DNA of 64,000 bases. It comes from Methanobacteriota archaeon (GTDB taxonomy: Archaea > JAADCQ01 > Methanopyri > Methanopyrales > Methanopyraceae). Shown here piece by piece: positions 7,107-17,337 of this stretch. Every line of letters begins with the position of its first letter. Position 1 is the first letter of the stretch. The position numbers and the translations under genes were made by a program. Below the pieces are notes generated by a model. The model did no database searches. It was not told the DNA's origin and was given only the letters and a program-made list of their open reading frames with translations. The stretch is taken from NCBI GenBank assembly GCA_027064425.1, contig JAMOPO010000015.1:320001-384000 (forward strand). The letters are read 5' to 3'.

Positions 7107-10100
7107 TTACCACCGGGGCCGCCCACCGACCGGCCCGGCGCGCCTCAGCCCCTGGGTGAAGAGCGCCGCGGTCCCGACCGCCGCGAGCAGGACCAGAACC
7201 AGCAGCCACCGCGGGAAGTAGGGGGCCGCCCCCGACGGGTGCTCCCTCGCGAGAACACGGGTGGCCCTGACACCGCGGTGGGCAGCCACACCCGCCCCCT
7301 TGGCACCCGTGGTTGCCGCGGCCGGGCCCCTAGCCGGAACCCCGGTCAGTGAGAGGCCGCCGGTCGCCCCTCGGGACTGTGCTTCGCGGGTCCAGGGCCG
7401 GGAGATCATGGCAGTCAGCCCGCTCGGTGGCCCTGAGAGTCCTCGGGCCGGACGGAGGAGGGTTGAGGTGACGGCGGGGGTCGCCGGCGCAGCCGTGGCG
7501 ACTTCGGTGACTTCCGGGGCGGCCCTCGGGGTGGCCACGGGGCCCGTCGTCGCGCTTGCGGTGACGTGGGTGAGAACCGCCGGGGTGACTGCCGGGCCGG
7601 CGACCGGAACTTCGAGTGCGGCATGGGTGCCGACGGTCGGGCCGAGAGTCGCTGGGGCGGGCGCGGGACCCGGTGCCCTGGCGGGCCCGGTGATGGTCGC
7701 TGGAGTCGCGGTTGCGAGGCTCACAGGCGTCGGGGCTCCGATCATCGGAACGGTCGCGAGGAGCTCGGCGGCGAGCCGTGCCACCGCTTGAACCTGGAAG
7801 GCGCAGAGCTCCGGGCAGCAGCAGGACGTAGCTAGGACCCAGGAGAGGACCTCTCGCGGGTACGTCACGCCGAGGTCCCGGGAGATCCTCACCAGGAAGA
7901 AGGCGGCCGAGGCCAAGGCGGCGGGTACGCTTCGGAGCCAGCCCGCGTGCTCCCTGACGACGGACCACACGGTCGGCAGGACGGCCCGGTAGGGCTCTCG
8001 TCCCGCGGCCACGTAGCCGAGGGTGGCGAACCGCTTGAGGGATCGGAGCAGGTAGAGCGCGCCCGAGACCCCGAACCGCCGGAGTCCCTCGATGAATCGC
8101 CGGTTGAGGAGGGTCCGCAGCAGGCTCTCGACGAGGTACGTCCGGGTGGCGACTAGCGGCCCGGTGACGCCGCGCTCGACCTGGGCGTGGAGTGTCCGGA
8201 GCTCGGTCGTGGCGCGCAGGAGGGCCCTCCTCCAGCCGACGAGGCGCGCGAGGCCGCCGGCGCTCTTGGCCAGGTTCCACCCGGGCTTGAAGGCGCCCAG
8301 GTCGAGCCTCGAGACGTCCAGGGTGAGCCGTCGGAGGGTCTCCGGTTTGAGCAGGTAGTCGAGGAGCGCGGCGATCGTGGCCTCTAGACCCACCGTGCAG
8401 CCGCAGCAGAACAAGTTCGAGTAATCGTCGTAGGAGTCGTAGACCTGCAGGGTTGTGTCCGAAGTGATCACGGCAAGAGCGAGCGCGAGCGGGCAGTGGA
8501 GGAAGGGTTGCCGGGTCCCGGTGAGTTCGGAGCGGGTGTACGGAAGGATGACGTAGGACAGGCTGGCGAGCGCGCGTAGCCCCAGCCACTCGAGACTCTC
8601 CCGGTCGTACAGCCCCGCCTCAAGCATGGGGAGAATGGGGGCCGTGAGGTCCCCCGGGCACTGGGTGAAGGCACCGACCGCGGCGAGCACCGGGGCGTTC
8701 TCGCCCGTGAGCTCGCCCAGGAGCCAGCGCGGGAGGCCGGCCCGCAGGGCCTCGCGTAGGGCCAGGTACGACACGGCCCAGTTCAGGAACGGGGCGTTGC
8801 GGGAGGGCGGGATCCAGAGGCCGGTTCCCAGTGCTACGGACCAGAGGAGCTCGGCCAGGTTCCAGCCGACGAGGTCTCGCAGCCCCACGACCACGTAGTC
8901 GTTCAGCCGCTTGAGACCCTCCCACAGCTCCCGCAGCGTGCCCACCGGGTCGGCCCGCAGCCGCTCCCGGACCCGGGTGAGCAGGGCTCGGAGGAGCTGC
9001 GGAACCAGCCCGCGCTCGCGGAGGCGGGAGAGCGCTCGGTTGATCCACTCCTCGAGCGTCCGAAGCAGGTCCTGGAGCGCCGTGGACCGGTCGGTCCCGT
9101 GCGGGCGGGCGGTGGGCAGCAGGTACGACCGCTCACCCAGGGCGTAGGCGATCCACGGCTCCGCCGAGATCACGTCGAGCATTCGGCACAGGTTGATCAG
9201 CGATAGCGCGGATGGACTGATCCCCTGGAACGTGGCCCCGGAGACGACGAGGAGCACGTCGCACCTGACCCGGGGCTCGCGGAGCACGGTCACGGCCAGC
9301 ACCCTGGCGACCTTGACGTCGAAGGCCAGCTCGCCGACGACCACGGCGCGCCGACCCGGAGTCAGCCGGATGGGGTACCGGAACCGAACCGTGACTCGGG
9401 CCCTCGGGTCGCGCTCGGAGCGGAGCACGACGGTCCGGTCGTCCACCACGCGGTCCACGACGCCGGCGACGCAGGCGCTGGTGCCGCCGCACACGGTCGG
9501 CATCGCGACGAGGTCGGCCACGTCCACCACGTCCTCCTCACTGTAGTAAACGACCAGGTCAGCGCACAGCAGGCGCACGTTCTCCACCCGGATGGCTGGA
9601 ACTCCGAGCACCGTGACCTCGCTCCCGAGCGGGACGGAGACCCCCTCGGGGAGGATCACCTCCACCCGGGCCGTCCCGTCGTCCAGGATGGCCACGGTGC
9701 CCTCCGGTCCCGGGCGCAGCTCGGTGACCCGGCCGCGCAGCAGGAGGACCTGCACCGGGACGTTGATGTGCCGAACGTGGATCAGCGGTAGCTCCCAGGG
9801 CAGCACGCCGATGACCTCGCCGGTGAGGTTGGTCCCGTAGGAGGCCCGGCCCGTGGTGGTCGGCACGTAGCTGCGGAACGAGGTCTTGACCGGGATGTAC
9901 CCGAGCAGCTCCAGCGCCAGCGCGTACTGCAGACCTCCCGTCGCCAGGTCCGTCGGGCCCATGACCGTGACCACCCGCTTTGACGTCCGGCGGAGCTCCA
10001 GGGCCAGCGTGGCCGCGGCCGAGACCGCCAGCTCGTCCGGAAACCGGCGCACGTCGTATCCGCACGCGTTCCGGCCGGTCGGGGCGACGTCCAGGTACCG

Positions 10101-13100
10101 GAAGGGGGAGCCGGAGAACCCCGGGCGCACGTACTCGCCTCGCAGCGCCCGAAGCAGGTTCTCGACCTCCAGTCGAGCGCTGAGGAGGAAGCGCTGGAGT
10201 ACCCGCAGGGCCAGCCGAGAGACCTCGTCGACCGCCCGCCCGGCCCACACGGCCGCCCAGTCCACCCTCGGACTGGACCACAGCGCCCGCCGCAACGCGA
10301 GCTCGACCATGCACTCCAGCGAGCCGAGCGGGTCCTCCGGATCGATCGACGGCAGCCCGTACACGTGCAGCCCGCACATCCCCGACTCCTCCACAGTCTC
10401 GCGCAGGAGCTCGTAGAGCGCCTCCGCGCAGCGATCGAAGTCGCGCTCGAGGTCCCGGAGGTCGCGCGCCACCGCGACGTACAGCCCGGTCTCCCGGAGG
10501 AGCCCCTGAATCGCCTCCCTCAGGGCGTCGGCCCGGGTCGTCAGGTACCGCTCCAGCAGGTCCAGTAGCCTCGCGACCCGCGGGTCGAGCTCCACCCGGT
10601 TCCTCGGGGCGGGAAAGTGACCGAGGACGATCGCGCCCAGCCGGCGTCGCGCCGTCGCGCAGCCCACCACATCTCCCACGTGGTACAGGCAGACGATCGG
10701 CGTGCCGGCCGGTAGGATGATCGGGAACTCCCACCCCACGGGCAGGACGGGCTTCATCGGAGCCCACTCTAGGTTCCCGCGACCGCCCACCCGGACGACG
10801 GCGTCCACGTCCAGCCTCCGGGTCAGGTAATACCAGAACGCCAGGTTGCGTGGGCGGCAGGAGCATCGCCCAGAGCTCGGCGCGGGTCTTCATCCGAAAC
10901 AGTGGCGGTTCTGGCAGAATGTATACGTTTCCGAATCTTACTCCAGGTATTGGGAAGGCGCGCACGCCGTCGGTGATCCTCAGGAACGGGGACTCCTCGG
11001 GCGGGCCCCACCCGAACAGCCCGCCCAGCTCGTCCAGCCGATCACGCCACTCCTTCCACAGCTCGTCCAGCTCCCGCAGCACCGATTCCCTATCCACCGA
11101 CCGTCCGAGGGCGGCCTCCACCAGCACTCGCTCCACGCCCTCCAGCACCCGCGCGAGCCGGCGGGCGAGCTCCCGGCGCTCGTCCTCCGGGAGGTCCAGT
11201 CGGTCGAGGGCAGCGAGCACGGTGTCGCGGAGGGACCGGAGTCTCATCCGGAGGAACTCGAGGTAGCGTCGGTCCGGCGGCAGCTCCTCGGGACGGGCCC
11301 GTTCGACGAGGTAGCGGAGGTAGCCGAGGATGCCGCGCTCCACGTACAGCCGGGTGGGCTCGGGGAGGGAGCGGTACCACCGCAGGTACTCGTCGAGCGT
11401 GACCTTGTCCAGGAGCAGCAGCTCGACCCGGTGCGATCGGCCGGCGACTCGCTCGGTGATCCGGTTCAGGCCCGTGCGTAGGGGCGGCGTCCTCACGTAG
11501 GGGCCCAGGTGATAAGCTCTCGACAGGTACTCACGCCAGAACCCGTCCGAGAGCTCGAGGAGTATGTTCAGGGCTTCGCGGAAGGCCTCGACCGCCCCTC
11601 GCAGGTCACCCCGCTGGAGGAGCTCCCAGGCCTGACGATCGAGCTCGATAACGCGCCGGAGCCGGTCGTCCCACGGCGTCCGGACGGCGTACCCTTCAGC
11701 CTCGAGCCAGGCGAGGACGTGCAGGATGCTCGCGGGCACGTCCAACTGATCCGCCACGGCCACGAAGTCACGGCCGTAAGTATCCACGCCGTAAACCAGC
11801 GCGACTCGCTTCTCGTGGTTCGGCTTCTCTCGGAGCCGGCGCAGGTGGTCGACCAGGCGCACGACCGCATCGATCGTCTCGGAGACCGCGGCACCGCTGG
11901 CTAGGAGGACGCCGCCGGGCACGTGCCGGGCGAGCTCGGGCGAGAGCCGGACGACGCGGGAGGTACCGACGAGGAAGGGGCCGAGGAAGCCGAGGTTCTC
12001 GGGCACGATCACGTTGAAAATCATGTAATGGTCCGCGGCGCGCTCAGACATGTAGAGGCACTCCCACTGGAGCCGGGTCATGCCCATGTGGTTGGCGTCG
12101 AGGGCGACGACGGGGACGTCCAGCCGCTCGAGGAGGCGAACGAGCCGGCTGTCGGGACCGTAATACCGCATCATGCTGTGGTTCACGGCCCAGAGAACGC
12201 AGACGGTGCGCTCCGAGCGCACGGCGGCCTCGAGCGCGCGGAGGAAGTCCTCGGGAAGCATGTACAGGACGTCGTAGTGCAGGGCGACGCCGATCACGTT
12301 GTAACCGCGCTCGCGGAGCCGGAGGGCGAGGGCGCGCAGCCAGTCCAGGTAGCCGAGGTGTCGGCCGAGCAGGTTCACGGAGTCGAAGACGACGAACACC
12401 GTCGGCGCGCCGGGCCGGTACGTGCCTCGGGCTCGGGCGAGCTCGCGGTAGCGGGCGAGGAGCTCGGACAGCCTCGGGAGGACCGCGGCCCGGATCAGCT
12501 CGACGAACCAGCGCGGGTACACGGTGACGCCGTGGTAGCTGGAGAGGACCTCGCCGTGCGGGTACCTCCGCTGGTAGGATCGTATCAGCCCGGGGCTGGC
12601 GGGCTCCTCAGGGGCCACGACGGTGTCCGAGACGGGGTCGTACAGGGACAGCAGGCCGTCGAGATAGAACGCCTTGGGCGGCTCGCCCGTAGCTACGTAC
12701 CGGAAGAACTGGATCACGTTCCGCTCGGAGAGCGTGGCCAGGAACAGGTACAGCGGAATCTCGGCGCCGCCCACGTCGACGGTGCGGTCGGCGAGGGGGA
12801 TCATGCGGGCGCGGGCGGACCCGGTCGGGAGGTTGATCCGGTTCTGGTACACGTAGAACGGGACGCCGCGGGCGAGGGCCTCGGCCAGGGCCACGTACTC
12901 GGGGGCGGAGTAGGGCTCGAGCGCCGTCAGCCCGGAGGAGCGGTAGAGAACGACCGCGGAGGCCTCGCGGATGCGTTGGCAGACCTCCTCTCGGACGTCC
13001 GTCCGCTCGGCGCCGACGATGAGCGCATCGTAGGAGCGGGGGTCAATGGCCAGGAACTCGAGGCCGGCCTTATGCAGTGGTTCGAGGAACTGGCCGGCGT

Positions 13101-13188
13101 AGCGGGAGATGATCACGATCTCGCCGGCGTGGGTGGGGGTGGGGAGCAGAAGCAGCGGGAGCAGAAGGAGGAGGGTGGGCCGGGTCAT
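7107..13188 (-). pseudogene. Secreted, membrane-anchored CobN/Mg-chelatase-like protein (~2,030 aa) split by a frameshift at ~10848
   Basis: Signal peptide at 13188. CobN motifs KPNHEKRVALVY, LDVPAS, GWGPP, IPGVRFGNVYILPEP in frame 1, continuing as NLAFWYYL...DAVVRVGGRGNLEW, PTGRN, R.DV..VSG in the next frame. C-terminal T/A/P linker, TM helix and Arg tail. Confidence 0.8.
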
Positions 13189-13204
13189 CGGGGGCGTTAC
13201 CCCC

Positions 13205-14581
13205 CTACCGGCGCCGGGCGAGGAGGAGGGCGATCAGGGCCGGTAGTGTGACGACCGGGTGGACGGGCAGCTTCCACCTCCTGACCTTCTTGCCGATTCC
13301 GAGCTTCTTGGCGAGGGCGAACGCGGCCAGCGCGTAGGAGGTGGCCAGCGTCTGGCTCCGGAACCGCAGCTCGGGGCTCCAGACGCTGCGGATGAAGTAC
13401 CAGTAGAACGGCAGCCGGAGGCGCTTGGCCTCCTGGTACTGCCGGTACAGCACGTCCAGCGCCTGCACGATGGCCGGGTGGTTCGGGTCGATGAGGCCCA
13501 GCTCGGCGCAGCGCAGCAGCGCGACGAGGGCGGAGGCGGTGCTACCGTAGTCCGGCGGGTACTCGGTCAGCGGCCCGCGGCCCCACATACCGGTCTTCGG
13601 GTCCCGGAGGGAGAGCAGGTAGTCGATCGCCCGCTTGAGGGCCTTCTTCACGCGCTCAACGAGGTCCTTCAGCTCCCGCTCCTTCCCGGCCTCGCGCACG
13701 GCCTTGAGCCAGTCGCAGAGGGCGATCATCGCCCGGGCGTGGCCCGTGGTGTACAGCGGGTACGGGCAGCCCGTGTCCCGCGGGTCGGTGTAGAAGTTGC
13801 CCTTCTCGTCCTGGTGGTTGAGGAACCACTCGACCACCTTAAGAACCAGGCCGTCGTCCGGCGGCGCGCCCGCCGCCAGCAGCGTTCGGAGGCAGTAGGA
13901 GGTCACGTCCGTGATCCCGTGCGCCCCGCCCGGCCGATCCGGGTAGTCGATCCAGAAGTAGCCCTCGTCCTCCTTTTGCAGGTTCGGACCCTCGCGGAGC
14001 CAGGCGACCACCTTCTTGAGGAACGGTTCGTACTCCCTCCACAGGTCGTCCGGGATGATCCCCGCCTTACGGGCCCGGAAGAACGGGAGCGCGAACTTCG
14101 CCGTCAGGCCGGCGCTGGCGACCTCCTTGCCCTGCCGGATCCGCACCCAGTAGGCCCACTTGCCGTTCGGGTCCTCCTTCCGCTGGTACTTGCCCTTGAC
14201 GTTCCACATGAACTGGAGCGCCTTCAGGATCATCTCTCGGACCGTGTCGTCCCGCACGCCCGCCTCGTAGGCCGTCAGGAGTGTGTCCATGACCACGTAC
14301 GTGTGCAGGTTCGGCAGGCAGTAGTACGTCACGTCCCGCTTGTACGTCATCGGGAACGCGCCGACGTCCTCGGGCTTGACCTCGTACTCCGCCCACTGGC
14401 CCTGCCGGTTCTTGTACCGGATCTTTTTGCCCACGTCCTTCTCCGTGTACTGCTGCTCCTTGAGCCAGGACTTCGCCGCCTGCAGGGCCTCGTCGATCTG
14501 CGCCGGGGTGATAGCGTGGGTCGGCGCGGCGGCGGTAGCGGCCGCCAGCAGGAGTACGATCAAGGCTCTCGTTGGCGGCAT
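13205..14581 (-). CDS. Secreted prenyltransferase/terpene-cyclase-repeat (alpha/alpha barrel) protein with C-terminal anchor
   Basis: Signal peptide; repeated 'A..WL...Q...G.W/F...T..al.aL' units; ends LPVHPVVTLPALIALLLARRR. Confidence 0.75.
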   Translation of the reverse strand: MPPTRALIVLLLAAATAAAPTHAITPAQIDEALQAAKSWLKEQQYTEKDVGKKIRYKNRQGQWAEYEVKPEDVGAFPMTYKRDVTYYCLPNLHTYVVMDTLLTAYEAGVRDDTVREMILKALQFMWNVKGKYQRKEDPNGKWAYWVRIRQGKEVASAGLTAKFALPFFRARKAGIIPDDLWREYEPFLKKVVAWLREGPNLQKEDEGYFWIDYPDRPGGAHGITDVTSYCLRTLLAAGAPPDDGLVLKVVEWFLNHQDEKGNFYTDPRDTGCPYPLYTTGHARAMIALCDWLKAVREAGKERELKDLVERVKKALKRAIDYLLSLRDPKTGMWGRGPLTEYPPDYGSTASALVALLRCAELGLIDPNHPAIVQALDVLYRQYQEAKRLRLPFYWYFIRSVWSPELRFRSQTLATSYALAAFALAKKLGIGKKVRRWKLPVHPVVTLPALIALLLARRR

Positions 14582-14617
14582 TATCCTCGCACCCCTGCGG
14601 GCGCCAGTATTACCGAC

Positions 14618-14623
14618 TTATAA
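14618..14623 (-). promoter_or_regulatory. TATA box of the secreted-protein/CobN-like operon
   Basis: TTATAA about 37 nt upstream of the ATG at 14581. Confidence 0.55.
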
Positions 14624-14845
14624 TCAGACCGCCGCTCAGTGTTCGTTCACCCTAAGAGAACGCGGCTTCGTCACACCGGCGCCGGGTCCCGGGGTCGCCC
14701 TGTCGGGGCGCGGGTACAGCGGCGGTCCGAGCTCAGGGCTAGGCGTGAGAGCCCAGTCAGCTCCCGGGCGAGGGCTGGACCTGGGGGCGGCGGGCGGGGC
14801 GAGTCCCGAAACGTCTGGAGGTGAGTCGAGGGCGGGTGGCTCCTT

Positions 14846-14867
14846 CGTTAAGATAATCGTAACGATT
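14846..14867. repeat. Dispersed palindrome copy
   Basis: CGTTAAGA TAA TCGTAACG ATT, about 35 nt past the aroB' stop. Confidence 0.75.
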
Positions 14868-14898
14868 CGTGGGGGGCGTGGGAGGGTGGGACCTGGGC

Positions 14899-16110
14899 CT
14901 ACTTCTCGATGATGCTCTCCTCGACCTCCATGCCGAAGTGGCGGCCCTTGCGCTCCTCGGTCTCGACGAAGGCGAGCACCTTGTCACCGGGCTTGAGGTC
15001 GACGACGGAGACGGGCTCGCCGTCCTCGCGGACGAGGTGGATGGTCTCGGCGTTCTGGACGATGGTTTGGATTTCGATGCCCTCGTACTCGGCCTTGATC
15101 AGGAGGAGCGGTCGCTTCTCGATCTTGAGGCGGCCGACGACGGCGGTGCGGGTGTTGCCGTCCTTGTCGACGATGAGGACCTCGTCGCCGGGCTCGAGCT
15201 CGGAGAGGTACTTGGTCTTGCCGCCGGGCACGCGGATGTACGCGTGGACGGGCCCGGCGTTGACGCGGAAGGGCCGCGGTTCGACGTAGGGGTTGTCGAG
15301 GCTCTCGCTGTGGATCAGGAACATGCCGCGGGCGGTGGAGCCGACGAGCATGCCCTCTCCTTCCTCCATGAGGGTGCAGGTGTCGACGCAGACGCGGTCT
15401 CCCTTGCCGATGGGCTCGATCTCCTTGATCTCGACGGGGACGAGCTCGAACTTCTCGGCGGTGACCTCCTCGGCCACCTCGGCCGTCTTCTTGATCTCGC
15501 CCGGCTCGATGCGCTGGGCGTCGAGCAGCACGCCGTCGGAGCCGACCTCGAGGGTCTCGAAGGCGATCTTGGCCTCCTCCGCGTCCCGGGCGCCGGCGAT
15601 GATCTTGGTGGGCTCGTCCTGGAGCTCGGCGATCAGGTTCTCGAGTGGGATGATCTTCCAGTCGCGGCCGATGGCGATCAGGTAGTCGGGCTCGAGCTCC
15701 TTGGAGATGTCGGCGGCGAAGCGCTCGTAGGGCTTGTCCTCGATCTCGACGTACTCGGCGACCTCGTAGCCCGCCTCCTTAACCCGACGGATGAGCTCTC
15801 CGTCGATGGACTCGCTCACGTCGTCGGGCAGGTCGATCGTGCCGTCGCCCTCGCCTCGGATGCCGACGATGACGAGGTCGGCGTCGACGTTCTCCAGCTC
15901 GTCGAGGGCCAGGTCGGGCGAGCCGCCCTCGGCCGCGAGCGGGACGGCGACCTTGACGTTGCCCAGCTCCTTGACCTTCTCCACCTCCTCCGGTAGGCAG
16001 ACGATCACGTCCGCGCCGGCCTCGATGGCCTCGGTGACGAAGGGCTTCTTCTCCTCCCACGAGCCCTCAAAGGCGATCGAGACCCAAACCTCCTTCTTCT
16101 CGTCGCTCAT
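14899..16110 (-). CDS. aroB': 3-dehydroquinate synthase II
   Basis: DWKIIPLENLIA, GDRVCVDTC, RPFRVNAGPVHAY, QNAETI, GRHFG. Confidence 0.95.
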   Translation of the reverse strand: MSDEKKEVWVSIAFEGSWEEKKPFVTEAIEAGADVIVCLPEEVEKVKELGNVKVAVPLAAEGGSPDLALDELENVDADLVIVGIRGEGDGTIDLPDDVSESIDGELIRRVKEAGYEVAEYVEIEDKPYERFAADISKELEPDYLIAIGRDWKIIPLENLIAELQDEPTKIIAGARDAEEAKIAFETLEVGSDGVLLDAQRIEPGEIKKTAEVAEEVTAEKFELVPVEIKEIEPIGKGDRVCVDTCTLMEEGEGMLVGSTARGMFLIHSESLDNPYVEPRPFRVNAGPVHAYIRVPGGKTKYLSELEPGDEVLIVDKDGNTRTAVVGRLKIEKRPLLLIKAEYEGIEIQTIVQNAETIHLVREDGEPVSVVDLKPGDKVLAFVETEERKGRHFGMEVEESIIEK

Positions 16111-16117
16111 GGCGCGT

Positions 16118-16942
16118 CTACACCCGCTCGAGCTCCCTCATGGCCTCCTCTACGTCGGCCTCCTCGTGGATGATCTTCGCGATGGCCCGGGCCATCGCCT
16201 CGCGCATGCGCGGGGACTTGTGCGCGAAGATGTTCCGGCCGATGGCCGCGCCCGCCGCGCCCGCCTCGATCGCGCCCTTGACCATCTCGAGAACCTCCTC
16301 CGGCGTCTCGGCCTTCGGCCCGCCCGCGATGACCACCGGGACCGGGCAGCCCTTCACCACCTCCTTGAAGGAGTCCGGGTCGCCCGTGTAGTTCGTCTTG
16401 ACGATGTCCGCGCCCAGCTCCGCGCCCACGCGGGCCGCGTGCTTCACGTACTCCACGTCGAACTCGTCCTCCACCTGCGGGCCCCGCGGGTACATCATCG
16501 CGACCAGCGGCATGCCCCACTCCTCGCACTTCCGCGCGACCTCACCCAGCTTTTTCAGCATCTCCGGCTCCTCCTCGGCGCCCACGTTCACGTGCACGCT
16601 GACCGCGTCCGCGCCGAGCCGGATCGCCTCCTCGACGTCCGCCACCTGCACCTTGTAGTTCGGGTCCGGGCCCAGGTCCGTGCTCGCCGACAGGTGCACG
16701 ATCAGTCCCACGTCGCGCCCGTACCCGCGGTGACCCGCGCGCACCATCCCCTTGTGCATCAGGACCGCGTTGGCGCCGCCCCGGGCCACCGCGTCCACCG
16801 TCTCCTCCAGGTCCTTCAGGCCCGTGATCGGACCCATCGTCACGCCGTGGTCCATCGGCACGATCAGCGTCCGGCCCGTCTCACGGTCCATGATCCGCTC
16901 CATCCGGATCTTCTTACCGATGTGGCCCACCTCGACGTCCAA
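16118..16942 (-). CDS. aroA': 2-amino-3,7-dideoxy-D-threo-hept-6-ulosonate synthase (class I aldolase)
   Basis: [30 protein letters not shown]; adjacent to aroB'. Confidence 0.9.
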   Translation of the reverse strand: MDVEVGHIGKKIRMERIMDRETGRTLIVPMDHGVTMGPITGLKDLEETVDAVARGGANAVLMHKGMVRAGHRGYGRDVGLIVHLSASTDLGPDPNYKVQVADVEEAIRLGADAVSVHVNVGAEEEPEMLKKLGEVARKCEEWGMPLVAMMYPRGPQVEDEFDVEYVKHAARVGAELGADIVKTNYTGDPDSFKEVVKGCPVPVVIAGGPKAETPEEVLEMVKGAIEAGAAGAAIGRNIFAHKSPRMREAMARAIAKIIHEEADVEEAMRELERV

Positions 16943-16944
16943 GC

Positions 16945-17277
16945 CTACCCTTCCCCCTCCTCACGCCCTTCCAGGCGCTCGGCGAGGCGTTCGTAACGCT
17001 CCAGGAGGAGCTCGAAATCCTCCTTGAGGGAGCGAAGCTCCTCGAGCACGCGCCTCAGCCGCTCCGGAGCCTCCTCGGTGAGCACGGCCCCGCGCGGGGA
17101 GGGGCGGATGATGCCCTCCCGCTCGAGCGCGCGGAGGGAGTAGCGAACCTTGTGCCACTCCATCCCGGAGAGCTCGGAGAGGCGCTCGATCCCGACCGGC
17201 TCGTTGTCCGACACGAGCTCGAGTATCCGGGCGTGACGCTCCAGGACCCTCAGCGCCTCCTTGAGCGACCCGAGCAC
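16945..17277 (-). CDS. Small winged-HTH transcriptional regulator (COG3388-like)
   Basis: [41 protein letters not shown] 17277 follows GGGGAG; start uncertain (alternative 17319). Confidence 0.75.
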   Translation of the reverse strand: MLGSLKEALRVLERHARILELVSDNEPVGIERLSELSGMEWHKVRYSLRALEREGIIRPSPRGAVLTEEAPERLRRVLEELRSLKEDFELLLERYERLAERLEGREEGEG

Positions 17278-17330
17278 CGCCGCGCTCCCCGCGCCATGCT
17301 CCGTGCTAGCAGGTAGCACGTCACCTGTAC

Positions 17331-17337
17331 AAAAAGA
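17331..17337 (-). terminator. Oligo-T tract after feoB
   Basis: TAA then TCTTTTT on the minus strand. Confidence 0.4.

Noticed and set aside
9559-10848. C-terminal ~430 aa of the listed 1209-aa ORF
   Set aside because: Out-of-frame Arg/Gly/Pro-rich read-through after the frameshift; the CobN motifs continue in the other frame.
14624-14845. Cobalamin riboswitch upstream of the CobN-like operon
   Set aside because: No B12-box motifs, and the TATA box lies downstream of this region, close to the start codon.
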